Virus record (IMG/VR): IMGVR_UViG_3300031519_004866
Length of the DNA stretch: 64,000 nt
Source of the DNA: a virus
Direction: 5' to 3' (one strand)
Shown here in pieces: positions 48,555 through 57,239 of this stretch. Below the pieces are notes generated by a model, which saw only the letters and a list, made by a program, of their open reading frames with translations, had not been told where the DNA came from and did no database searches. Position numbers and translations under genes: made by a program. The first letter of the stretch is position 1. Every line of letters starts with the position of its first letter.

Positions 48555-49048
48555 TGTTAAAGTATTGGGGCAATGTAACTGACTTCTGGAAAGAAGATTT
48601 ACAGAATTACACATGGCCTGAGTCTGTAAGTACAGGACAGAACGAAAATTTTCATGATGCTTACTTTGATGAATCTAATAATTTAATGCAAGGGTTTGAT
48701 GGGCAATTGCCAACCTGCTGTGATAGATTCTTTAAAGAACTATACATTGAAAAAAAAGAAATTAGCAGCATAAGTTGGACACAAATTAAACCGTCAGGGA
48801 CTATTCCTGTACATGCAGATAAATTTTTTAAACTTAGAACAAAACATAATTTAGATATTGATGATTGTGTAAGATATCTTATATTTTTAGAAGATTGGAC
48901 GTTAGGTCATATGGTTGAGTTTGAGCAACAACCAGTTACTAAATGGAAAAAAGGTGATGTATGGACATTTACACACGACGATTTACACTGTGCTGGAAAT
49001 GCCAGTAACCATAACTTTAACACATGCCAAGTAAACACGAGGAAATAA
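48554..49048 (+). CDS. 2OG-Fe(II) oxygenase-like protein
   Basis: P.GTIPVHAD, R.LIFL.DW..GH, HCAGN. Confidence 0.78.
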   Translation: MLKYWGNVTDFWKEDLQNYTWPESVSTGQNENFHDAYFDESNNLMQGFDGQLPTCCDRFFKELYIEKKEISSISWTQIKPSGTIPVHADKFFKLRTKHNLDIDDCVRYLIFLEDWTLGHMVEFEQQPVTKWKKGDVWTFTHDDLHCAGNASNHNFNTCQVNTRK

Positions 49049-50175
49049 TGGAACTAACTTCTCTACAAAAAGAATGGAATAACTGTACACTTGAGTACGA
49101 TCTAGAAAGATTTAATTGGCCTGCATGGGCTTTAAGTGTTGTACAAGAAGTAGCGCCAACTGTTACTAAATTAGAAACACTACACGAAGTGCTATCTCCT
49201 AAAGAGATTGTAACAGTTAGTAAGCATGTACAGAATGCGTGTAGCCGTAAAGACTTTATGGAACGCTTTGATGCGTTTGTTGCTGAATACATTCCGCAGC
49301 GTATTGACGGTAAACGATTTATGATACAGCGCCAAGGAACATTGCGTGTTGTTATTCCAAATCAAGCAAAAGTAGGCAGACGTTTGCAGTTTCATCAGGG
49401 CATTTTTGTAGGCAACGGTAGAGGTTGTAGAACTATATGGACACCGTTCACTGAAGCTCGTGGCACTAATACAATGTGGATGGTTGACCTAGAAAACAGC
49501 CGCCGTATTACTAAAGACTTTGTTACAGAAAAATGGAGTCTCGAACGTATGGAAGATGAATGTTTAAAGGTTGCGTTTCCTGTTACTCTTAAACCAGGAC
49601 AAAGTCATTTATTTTTCCAAGAAATGTTACACGGCAATGTCAACAACGAAGAAGGATATACTCGTGTTAGCATGGATATGCGTATCTTAATTGAAGGTGA
49701 AGAATACGGACGCAGACATCCAGGAGGCTTTATGCGATTGCCTGGCGATCATGAAGTAGCAGAACTAGGAGACTATTCCGGCAAGAGTGCAATTACATAT
49801 GCAGGATGGGCTAGTGATTTTTCTAGGAATGTTACACTACCTATGCAAAGAGCAATTATTGATCAGTACTGCGAAAGAACAAATATACAATACACTAGTT
49901 ATGAATTTGAGAATGATCATTGTGATTGGCAGCCAAGTTTAGAATATTTTATTAAACAACAACCTGATGTGATTGTTCTTAACAGTATGTACAGCCTTAC
50001 TGATGATGCAGAGCGCAGAACAGAATTATTAAATTTAGCATTAAGATTAGGTGTAGAGTTGCATTTTGCAAACGAATTGACAGTTCTTAAAACACAAGAT
50101 GATTTAGATAAAATTGAAACCTATCTCAATTTTGCAGTAGAAAAATTAGAACCTTATGTTTGGGAATTAGTGTAA
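49048..50175 (+). CDS. StrG-like 2OG-Fe(II) oxygenase fused to a resolvase-like / 'sporadic carbohydrate cluster' domain
   Basis: FHQG...IWTP...HGN..N....TRVSMD.R N-domain; C-domain Q...I..YC...Y...E...S.Y.L......G.ELHFA.E; start revised to 49048 (TAATG). Confidence 0.6.
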   Translation: MELTSLQKEWNNCTLEYDLERFNWPAWALSVVQEVAPTVTKLETLHEVLSPKEIVTVSKHVQNACSRKDFMERFDAFVAEYIPQRIDGKRFMIQRQGTLRVVIPNQAKVGRRLQFHQGIFVGNGRGCRTIWTPFTEARGTNTMWMVDLENSRRITKDFVTEKWSLERMEDECLKVAFPVTLKPGQSHLFFQEMLHGNVNNEEGYTRVSMDMRILIEGEEYGRRHPGGFMRLPGDHEVAELGDYSGKSAITYAGWASDFSRNVTLPMQRAIIDQYCERTNIQYTSYEFENDHCDWQPSLEYFIKQQPDVIVLNSMYSLTDDAERRTELLNLALRLGVELHFANELTVLKTQDDLDKIETYLNFAVEKLEPYVWELV

Positions 50176-51645
50176 GTTAACCCAAGTGCTACCAGCATAC
50201 GCCTGTATCTTACTATCAGTAGTATTATAAATCATTTGACCGTTTACTGCTGTAAGAGCATTACGTTCTGTAGTGGACAAAGATTTAAGCTGTGCTGGTC
50301 CACCAAATACTGTTTCTTGTTTTGAGTTAAATGTAACTGCTGTTTGTAGGGCACCTGCTGCATCTGCTGTTTGTACTTTATATCTACCTGGAACTTGGTT
50401 AGCTGCAATAGCACCATCTGCTTCAGCGTCGACAACCACTGCTACACCAATTGATGATTCAGCTCCTGTGCCGTAGCCCATATAAGCAATTCTAAAGATA
50501 CCGTCGCCATTTTGAATAGCTGCTGGACTTGCTTTTGTACCACGTGTTTTAACAACCTGTTGTGCCGGTGCATCTGCGCCAGTGTTGTAGGCTTTGAATG
50601 TGAATAGATCGTAATTATCTTCACCGTCACCTTCTGTTTCAAGGAATAAACCGCCAGCTGCAAGATCACTGTTAATAATAATATTAGAAGTAGTTACACT
50701 GTCGTTAACAACATTACCTTGTACTGTACCGCTTGTTGAATCAATAATAGCAGAGCTATCATCACCAAAAACACTACCTCTTAAATCACCGTAGATATTA
50801 GCTGCAACAATTTTTCTGTCAATGGCATCAACCATAACTGAACTATCATCACCATACAAACTACCTCTGAAATCACCAACAACTTGGTTTGCAGTTACCG
50901 TATTAAAGATACCACTGTTAGTAGATGTATTAATAATAAGACTTGAATCGTCACCAATAATATTTGCATTAACGTTTGCACCTGGCTCAGCAACACCACC
51001 TAGTGTTAAACCGCCTACAGTTGATCCTGCAGGTAATTCAATTGCTCCGCCATTGTTTGCCATCTTTGCGCCACCAATCCATACACCGTCACCGGCATAT
51101 ACATTGGCAAATGTTGTTCCTGGTGCACCAACGTTACGTGTATTAGTAGCATCTGGAATTACGTTATCTTTAATAGTGCCGTTTAAGTTAATTGCACTGT
51201 CTACTGCATTAATAAGAATAGAAGAATCGTCACCAAATACTGAACCTGTATAGTCTGCTACAATTTTACCTGTAACAGTTAAGTTGCCACCAATTGTGCT
51301 GTTTCCAGCAATATCCAATCCACCACTGCCAGTAATGTTATATGAATTTAAATCTAAATTTTGTAGTAATTGAGGTGGGCTAACTGTTGCGCTGATAGTG
51401 TTTGCGCCATCGTTGTAAGCAAATGTAATTCCTGTATTGGGGCCTGCTACTAGCATGTTCCCAACTGCATCTTGTGCATCTTCTGCATTAAAACCTGTTA
51501 CTGGCTCTAGCGCATTTAATAATGTTGTACCGTCTCCGACGTACAATTTGGCCTGATCTGTAATCCAAATAAGCTCTCCTGCCTGTGGTGCAGTGGCTAG
51601 CGTTTGGCGTTCAGCGTCGGTCCCTCTTCGAATTTGTAGTGGCAT
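50167..51645 (-). CDS. Tail fibre-like protein with Mtd-type N-terminus and GSVFGDDS repeats
   Basis: MPLQIRRGT...GEL....D...LYVGDG; four G..GDDSS repeats; C-terminus paralogous to 5367..7319; TAAATA at 51687-51692. Confidence 0.78.
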   Translation of the reverse strand: MPLQIRRGTDAERQTLATAPQAGELIWITDQAKLYVGDGTTLLNALEPVTGFNAEDAQDAVGNMLVAGPNTGITFAYNDGANTISATVSPPQLLQNLDLNSYNITGSGGLDIAGNSTIGGNLTVTGKIVADYTGSVFGDDSSILINAVDSAINLNGTIKDNVIPDATNTRNVGAPGTTFANVYAGDGVWIGGAKMANNGGAIELPAGSTVGGLTLGGVAEPGANVNANIIGDDSSLIINTSTNSGIFNTVTANQVVGDFRGSLYGDDSSVMVDAIDRKIVAANIYGDLRGSVFGDDSSAIIDSTSGTVQGNVVNDSVTTSNIIINSDLAAGGLFLETEGDGEDNYDLFTFKAYNTGADAPAQQVVKTRGTKASPAAIQNGDGIFRIAYMGYGTGAESSIGVAVVVDAEADGAIAANQVPGRYKVQTADAAGALQTAVTFNSKQETVFGGPAQLKSLSTTERNALTAVNGQMIYNTTDSKIQAYAGSTWVNLH

Positions 51646-51720
51646 ATTTTTTTAAACTCCTGGCAGTATTCGTTTCTTATACGTAGTATTTATGCCTAGT
51701 CACACTTTGTAGCATATTTC

Positions 51721-52293
51721 CTAAGATAATATTTCAACGTCTGCAGCTATTATATATCTATATTTATCACTTTGCGGCATTGCTGGTCTATGCCAGTAAT
51801 GGCTTGGGTATACTAACCAACTGTAATCAGCTGGTTTTACAAAGAATTTACCTTCCTTTTCAGGCCCGTTAGGTGCAAATTCAGTTCCGCAGTAATCTTT
51901 GTTTTCAACGTTATCAGGAATTTCTAAATACATAATGCCGCTCATACTTTGTGGCTGCGGTTTGTGTTGATGATGGTGCCATAGCTTTTCTCTATCTTCT
52001 GCACCTGCTGTATTAGTTTTAAAACTCCATGCCTGCATATTACCTACTTTAACTTCTTTATCAAAGTACATGAAAATACTAAACAAGAAGCTCATACGGT
52101 ACTTTAACCATAAAGGTTCTGGCCTAGCAAATATGTTTTCTTTAGTTTGAAATTTAGGAGAGTTTTCCCAATAGTTGCCGCTGTCAATGATGCTGTTAAC
52201 AATTTGAATAGCGTTTTGATTATCTTCTGCTGTTATAGTAGAACTAAAATCAAACTTTTTAAACGTTGAATTAGAATCAATTAAATTATCCAT
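51721..52293 (-). CDS. Putative 2OG-Fe(II) oxygenase
   Basis: WHHH...SGI.YL, .YPS..WHRP, R...A.D. Confidence 0.7.
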   Translation of the reverse strand: MDNLIDSNSTFKKFDFSSTITAEDNQNAIQIVNSIIDSGNYWENSPKFQTKENIFARPEPLWLKYRMSFLFSIFMYFDKEVKVGNMQAWSFKTNTAGAEDREKLWHHHQHKPQPQSMSGIMYLEIPDNVENKDYCGTEFAPNGPEKEGKFFVKPADYSWLVYPSHYWHRPAMPQSDKYRYIIAADVEILS

Positions 52294-53002
52294 CTACAAG
52301 ATTCTCTTTAATTTGTTTTAAAACAAGTTGTTTCATCCGTGTTTCTTTAAACCTTGCATACCTATTTGCCAAAGGTACCCACGAGTCCCAAGATGTTGAT
52401 GTACTACATGCAACCGAATAACGCTTTAGCTCGTCATTCATTTTAAATCTAATAAACTCAATAGGTTTCTCTGTACCAAATCCAAAGTAGCATAACGGTT
52501 CATCTTCTTTAATTGTAAACTTTTTAAGACCTGGATCTAGCATGAACTCTACATTAACTGCCCTAAACCACTTGCCAATATCGTACCTAGCAGGTACCAT
52601 AGTTGCAGTCTTCTGCCATAGACTGTTATTAAACCACGGAGCAGTAAGAGTACAGTCTAAGCTATCAGCATCAGTAAAGAACACATAACGCAACCCATAT
52701 TCTAATAGGATTTGATCATGCAAGTTAGGTTGTCGAACAACATTTGCAAACACACCTTGACGTGTAGTTGGCGGTATCATCTGTCCATTGTTATCAAACT
52801 CGAACGTTGATGTAAGAGGGTTCTTAAATTCTAGTGTATTTTTTGCTAAATGTTTAAAGGCAGGGCAATAGAACATACTGTCATACTTGTTGACATCTGT
52901 TTTTTGTTTATATGATTTATCAAAAACACTGATTGGATCTGCATACAACATGTTCCAATCAATACTAGTGTGTTCGTAATCGGGTGCCCAATAAACCTTC
53001 AT
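52286..53002 (-). CDS. Hypothetical protein, possible dUTPase-like beta fold
   Basis: CPAF...F..P and D...W.R.VN..F...IK.DEPL pattern similar to 16721..17545. Confidence 0.6.
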   Translation of the reverse strand: MKVYWAPDYEHTSIDWNMLYADPISVFDKSYKQKTDVNKYDSMFYCPAFKHLAKNTLEFKNPLTSTFEFDNNGQMIPPTTRQGVFANVVRQPNLHDQILLEYGLRYVFFTDADSLDCTLTAPWFNNSLWQKTATMVPARYDIGKWFRAVNVEFMLDPGLKKFTIKEDEPLCYFGFGTEKPIEFIRFKMNDELKRYSVACSTSTSWDSWVPLANRYARFKETRMKQLVLKQIKENLVDG

Positions 53003-53454
53003 GCTAATTCTTCTTTATCGTTACCTATCCAGTTAGCTACATCATCACCGTAATTACGAATAAAGTTTCCGTTCTTAACTTTCATTGCAACTGCGCCGCC
53101 ACCCGATCTAATATACTGCCGGCCTCCGTCAATCATTTTATCGCCTACAACTTTGTAGTCGTGGTGTGACTGACTGTAATAGTATTTACCGTCAACTTCA
53201 ATCATACCAAACTCAAGTTCTTCTATTTTATCAGCATTAGTGATCATCATACAGTCACGTATCGAATCCCAATATAAACCAAAATACCTATTACCAAAGT
53301 CAGGGTGAGGCTCGGCCCTGTAAAAAATGTCACAAGGAACGTCACTAGCATTGAGATCGCTAGTGCATACATATCGTATTTCACATCCGTCTTTTCGTCC
53401 ATAGAGTTCTTCTACCTTTGCTGTATCAAATAATGGCTCGTGTTTGATGTTCAC
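52999..53454 (-). CDS. Hypothetical phage protein
   Basis: YSQSHHDY...IDGGR.YIR; coupled ORF. Confidence 0.75.
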   Translation of the reverse strand: MNIKHEPLFDTAKVEELYGRKDGCEIRYVCTSDLNASDVPCDIFYRAEPHPDFGNRYFGLYWDSIRDCMMITNADKIEELEFGMIEVDGKYYYSQSHHDYKVVGDKMIDGGRQYIRSGGGAVAMKVKNGNFIRNYGDDVANWIGNDKEELA

Positions 53455-53985
53455 TTACATTAATCCTTCTTGTCCTAATAGTTCAACATTTTCATCTGTT
53501 AGCGGAATTTCAGTCTTGACCATTAATTCAAAGATCTCTTCTTCAAGTGCTTGTCGACTCATTGTAAGACTGCCAACTTCTGCTTTAGCTTGTTTAATTT
53601 GTTCTAATGATACAACACCTGTACTTACGCTTCCATCTACTTCGTCTAAATAGCCTTTGAGCGCATCAGGGTCTGTTAGCGGAATTGCATCTGCAATCTG
53701 TTTTACCTGTGCAATCCTATTATCAACAAACCCAATCTTAGCTTGTGCAGTAGTAATACCACTACCTGCCATAGCTTGTGAAACTAGTGCTGCAATATTG
53801 TAATAGGTTTGAAGTAGACGTTGTCTACGCTCGTCAGTTTTAAAAAGTGTTTCGTTAGCACTTTCAAGTGTTTTAATAATATCATCGTCTTTCTTAACTT
53901 CGTGTGAAAAGTTAAGGTGTACAGAATCAATATGTCGCTTAATACTATTCTGTAAATGTGTTGCTTTGCGAATGCTCAGTTCCAT
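53455..53985 (-). CDS. Hypothetical coiled-coil protein
   Basis: Start revised to 53985 (SD GGAGG). Confidence 0.75.
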   Translation of the reverse strand: MELSIRKATHLQNSIKRHIDSVHLNFSHEVKKDDDIIKTLESANETLFKTDERRQRLLQTYYNIAALVSQAMAGSGITTAQAKIGFVDNRIAQVKQIADAIPLTDPDALKGYLDEVDGSVSTGVVSLEQIKQAKAEVGSLTMSRQALEEEIFELMVKTEIPLTDENVELLGQEGLM

Positions 53986-54268
53986 AATTATCCTCCTCGT
54001 TAATTGCTGCAATTAGTTCTTCTTCAGCATTGTTTACAAGACCATTATAATGATCTTCGGTATACATACCAAGTGCAATTTCTTTTATTGCAATTGTTGT
54101 AACTTTTTGGCCAGGATGAATTTCTACCCTAGGTGCAGATCCTTGCTGAAGTTCTCGAGCTCTTTTTGATGCCATCAAGCACAACAAATGTTGATTATCT
54201 ACAGCATCGTGTGCTGCCTGATGTAGTGTATATGCTTCACGTTGTTTTTGGTCTGCTACAGTAGCCAT
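53945..54268 (-). CDS. rpoZ: RNA polymerase omega subunit homolog
   Basis: N...L..MASKRAREL..G..P.V......K.TTIA..EIA.G matches RpoZ core (E. coli NRFDLVLVAARRARQMQ.GG..P.V...NDKTTVIALREIEEG). Confidence 0.8.
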   Translation of the reverse strand: MATVADQKQREAYTLHQAAHDAVDNQHLLCLMASKRARELQQGSAPRVEIHPGQKVTTIAIKEIALGMYTEDHYNGLVNNAEEELIAAINEEDNYGTEHSQSNTFTE

Positions 54269-54299
54269 AATTTAATTCCTTTATATTTGTTACAATATC

Positions 54300-54328
54300 A
54301 TTGTAGCACGTTTTAAACAGTATGTCAA
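54300..54328 (-). promoter_or_regulatory. Sigma70 early promoter for rpoZ homolog
   Basis: TTGACA-N17-TACAAT with TG extension. Confidence 0.8.
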
Positions 54329-54332
54329 CATA

Positions 54333-54944
54333 TCATTTAGCAATAAGTTTAGCATCCCATGCCAAAATAGTTCTACAACCTTGACCGCTCCATGGATACA
54401 CTGTGTGCGGTATGTAACTTGGAAAAATAATCATTTTTAATGGCTGCGGTTTAAATCGCCATTGATCAGTAAACACAAAATGTGCTGGATTTCTAATTAC
54501 TGGTAATCTAAATTCAATATTTGCATCGCTTGGCCTAGCGTTTTCTTCTAGTAACGGTATGTCAATATAAATGTTACCACTAATGTGTGCTTCATGACTG
54601 TGAAGTGCTTGGTAGTCCCCGCTTTCTTGTTTAATAGTCCATGCTGAAATTAATACAGGATCATATCCATATAAGTCACCAACGCCACTAGTTTTAATAA
54701 TGTTAGCAATATACTCTTTACAGCGATTCTCAACAAAGTCTTTTAGGTGTGTAGTATTCAACCCAAGTTCGTTTGGTAACAACTGTATTTGTTGCCCACC
54801 TCTAATGCTAATCTCAGGATTGCCTTCATCGTTCTTTTCGCTGTGTTCGTGAGCAGCATCTGTTAGTGCTTTTAGTTGTGAATAATCTCCTGACGGAACA
54901 TCGTCAACTGCCATCACTGTTGGATTAAAATATGCAAACTTCAT
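54333..54944 (-). CDS. Putative 2OG-Fe(II) oxygenase (TIGR02466-like)
   Basis: SAW..KQ..GDYQ.LHSH...SG.IY, IFPS.I.H.V.P, R...AW. Confidence 0.75.
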   Translation of the reverse strand: MKFAYFNPTVMAVDDVPSGDYSQLKALTDAAHEHSEKNDEGNPEISIRGGQQIQLLPNELGLNTTHLKDFVENRCKEYIANIIKTSGVGDLYGYDPVLISAWTIKQESGDYQALHSHEAHISGNIYIDIPLLEENARPSDANIEFRLPVIRNPAHFVFTDQWRFKPQPLKMIIFPSYIPHTVYPWSGQGCRTILAWDAKLIAK

Positions 54945-55543
54945 TATACATTTAACCTTGTTAGAGTTTGACCGTTAATTTGACCTTTGACAAACGTGTT
55001 AAAACTTAGTGTAATTCTAGGTGTTGTTCCTGTGTACGACTGTACCAAGTGTTCCATGCTAGAAGGAAAAATTAGCATTGTACCAACTGTCGGTTCAACT
55101 GACCAACTTTTACTGTTCCACAAGTTTGGTTCTGTGATTTCAAACTCTAGTGTGTCGTATGCACCTGTAATGAAGCTAGTATGTCCGCCTTGCTCTGCGT
55201 CACCACTAAGGAATACAATTGCAGAAAGTACTGAGTTAGGATGCCAATGTCTATGATGTGTTTGATTAGTTTCTGTTTTATTAAACCAAGACTCTGTAAT
55301 GTAAATTTCTGTTACAGGGTCAACATGCATAACGTCATAAAAGTAATCGTGTATACCTTTCATACATTCTTCTTTAAGTTTCTTAAAGTTATCATCATCT
55401 AGCACTGTTTGACTAGTACTAATGTTGTTATGATAGTTAGGCACCCATTCAATTTTGCTTATGTCTGTACCTTCTAAATCTACTGTGGTACGTATAACTG
55501 TTTTAGCAAACAGTGGATATACTTCTAAGTTTTCGTTGTTCAT
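54944..55543 (-). CDS. Putative 2OG-Fe(II) oxygenase (TIGR02466-like)
   Basis: SW.N......HH.H.HPNS.LS...FL, IFPS...H.V, R.TLSFN. Confidence 0.82.
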   Translation of the reverse strand: MNNENLEVYPLFAKTVIRTTVDLEGTDISKIEWVPNYHNNISTSQTVLDDDNFKKLKEECMKGIHDYFYDVMHVDPVTEIYITESWFNKTETNQTHHRHWHPNSVLSAIVFLSGDAEQGGHTSFITGAYDTLEFEITEPNLWNSKSWSVEPTVGTMLIFPSSMEHLVQSYTGTTPRITLSFNTFVKGQINGQTLTRLNV

Positions 55544-56184
55544 GTTCTTTCCTTTGGTATCATTATCCTGTCTATGTTTCTTTCGCAGATATCTACAACT
55601 ACATAATCTAATTTGTTTTCTAGATAGTCGATAGCATAATGTTGTTGCTGAAAGCGAAGTGCTTCGTCAGGCGCAGCTTCGCAAATAATTAGTGGTCTGT
55701 ATTTCTCAATAGTTTTTAACGCTCCTTGGATGATATCATATTCAAAGCCATCAGTGTCTATTTTAATGTAGTCAATATTAGGAAGATTAAAACTATCTAA
55801 CGTATAAGTTTTAAGTTCGCTTTGGCCAAATGTTGTATCTAATCTTGGGTACTTGTTTTTAGTATTTCCTAGACAACATGTAAAGTGCGTAACTTTTTCT
55901 TGACTTACATTTCTAGGAAATAGTTTACGCTTACGAGGATCAAAACAAAATACATGTTCAAAGTCTTCTTGTAGATAACGAGTAAATTCACCATCTCTAC
56001 AACCAATGTCAACTGCATTGCGTCTTGAGTGTATGTGTGGAACACTCTTAACCCAAGTTAATTTACAATGATGATTAGGAAACTCTTGAATGCCATCCGT
56101 GCTATGAAAGAAATCTTTATCATACCATGACGGATCATAGATGTACTGTTCTGGTAAAAATTCTGTTATAGATACTGGGTACAT
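55540..56184 (-). CDS. FkbM-family methyltransferase
   Basis: VDIGCRDG, TLDSF.L..IDYIKID.DGFEY..I.GA; start revised to 56184 (longer start overlaps tRNA). Confidence 0.8.
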   Translation of the reverse strand: MYPVSITEFLPEQYIYDPSWYDKDFFHSTDGIQEFPNHHCKLTWVKSVPHIHSRRNAVDIGCRDGEFTRYLQEDFEHVFCFDPRKRKLFPRNVSQEKVTHFTCCLGNTKNKYPRLDTTFGQSELKTYTLDSFNLPNIDYIKIDTDGFEYDIIQGALKTIEKYRPLIICEAAPDEALRFQQQHYAIDYLENKLDYVVVDICERNIDRIMIPKERT

Positions 56185-56202
56185 TATAATCCTTTTATTA
56201 TA

Positions 56203-56278
56203 TGGTGCCGGCAGCAAGATTCGAACTCGCGACCTATGGTTTACAAAACCATTGCTCTACCAACTGAGCTATGCCGGC
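56203..56278 (-). tRNA. trnT: tRNA-Thr(UGU), CCA encoded
   Basis: GCCGGCA TAGCTCAGTTGGTAGAGCA ATGGT TT-TGT-AA ACCAT AGGTC GCGAG TTCGAAT CTTGC TGCCGGC A CCA, 76 nt cloverleaf; TAAATA 7 nt upstream. Confidence 0.95.
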
Positions 56279-56958
56279 GTCTTGTTATTTAACTCCCATG
56301 CTGTTACATCAGCAGGAGAATTGATTTCTATTCCGTTAAAGTCCACACAACTGCAACCTATATCCCAGCCTGCTTTAAGCCAACGTAACTGTTCTAGTTT
56401 TTCAACCTGTTCTTCTTGTGTAACTTCCATGCCTTTATAGAATAATAACGGATTGCGTTTGTATCCGTAAATACCTAAATGCCAATGTCCGTATCCAGTT
56501 AGTCCTCTACCAAACCACAGAGCTTTGTCACCAGCACGTACCATCTTAACTGAGTTAGGATCGTCTTGCATTGCTTTAGGCATTTCTGCGTATACTGTGC
56601 TTATTTGATAATACTTGAGCCATTCTACACAACGTTCAATCATTTGTAGTGTTACATCAGGCATATCGCCTTGTACATTAATAAATTGATCGTACTCATT
56701 AAAGAAGTCGTTTTGTACTGCGCCTGCAACACGTTCTGTGCCGTTGTCGTAATCTTTTTCATCAATCCAGCAGTTATCCGGGCCAAACAAATTAAAGATA
56801 CGCATGTCATCTGTTAGTACATATGTTGGTATCTTAGACGCAACACAAGCGTCATACACACGTTTAATCATAGGAACTCCATCTAACATAGCAAGAGGCT
56901 TTCCAGGGAAACGTGTGCTACCGTAACGTGCAGGTATTAGAATAGCAGTGTTAGGCAT
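56269..56958 (-). CDS. kdsB: CMP-KDO synthetase
   Basis: IPARYGSTRFPGKPLA, NGTER, INVQGD.P, VK.V, H.GIYGY, E...EKLEQLR.L, I.S.ADV; start 56958 (SD AGGTGA). Confidence 0.93.
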   Translation of the reverse strand: MPNTAILIPARYGSTRFPGKPLAMLDGVPMIKRVYDACVASKIPTYVLTDDMRIFNLFGPDNCWIDEKDYDNGTERVAGAVQNDFFNEYDQFINVQGDMPDVTLQMIERCVEWLKYYQISTVYAEMPKAMQDDPNSVKMVRAGDKALWFGRGLTGYGHWHLGIYGYKRNPLLFYKGMEVTQEEQVEKLEQLRWLKAGWDIGCSCVDFNGIEINSPADVTAWELNNKTPA

Positions 56959-57229
56959 TAACTTCACCTACTGTAACTACATTATCCCAACGAAAGCTGC
57001 GCCAGCCTTTTGCATTGATATCCCAAACAATTTGTACTTCTGGATTAATAGCTCTTATTTTCTTTAGTGATGCTGGGTCTTGCTTAGTTGCAGCAGGAAC
57101 AACACCTTCTTTAAGTGTACAAGTCATTACTCGTTTGTCACCATTAATCTTAGTAAATGTTACTACAACTTCTTCTTTTAAAAGTTTAGGAACTGTTTGT
57201 TCTTTTAGTTCTTTAGCTTGGTCTTTCAT
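56951..57229 (-). CDS. SH3-like WYL/DUF2693-type phage protein
   Basis: V.FTK.NG..R.M.CT ... VWD....GWRSF. Confidence 0.72.
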   Translation of the reverse strand: MKDQAKELKEQTVPKLLKEEVVVTFTKINGDKRVMTCTLKEGVVPAATKQDPASLKKIRAINPEVQIVWDINAKGWRSFRWDNVVTVGEVNA

Positions 57230-57239
57230 AAGTTCTCCT

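Noticed and set aside
23627-50175. RiPP precursor peptide inside the island
   Set aside because: Genes are overlapping or coupled with no free short ORF bearing a leader/core pattern; a precursor elsewhere cannot be excluded
49750-50175. Serine recombinase / invertase explaining cassette inversions
   Set aside because: Domain is fused to an oxygenase, lacks a clear Y.RVS catalytic motif and DNA-binding domain, and no inverted recombination sites were seen
56185-56217. Longer FkbM start at 56217
   Set aside because: Overlaps the tRNA 3' end; ATG 56184 has SD AAGGA
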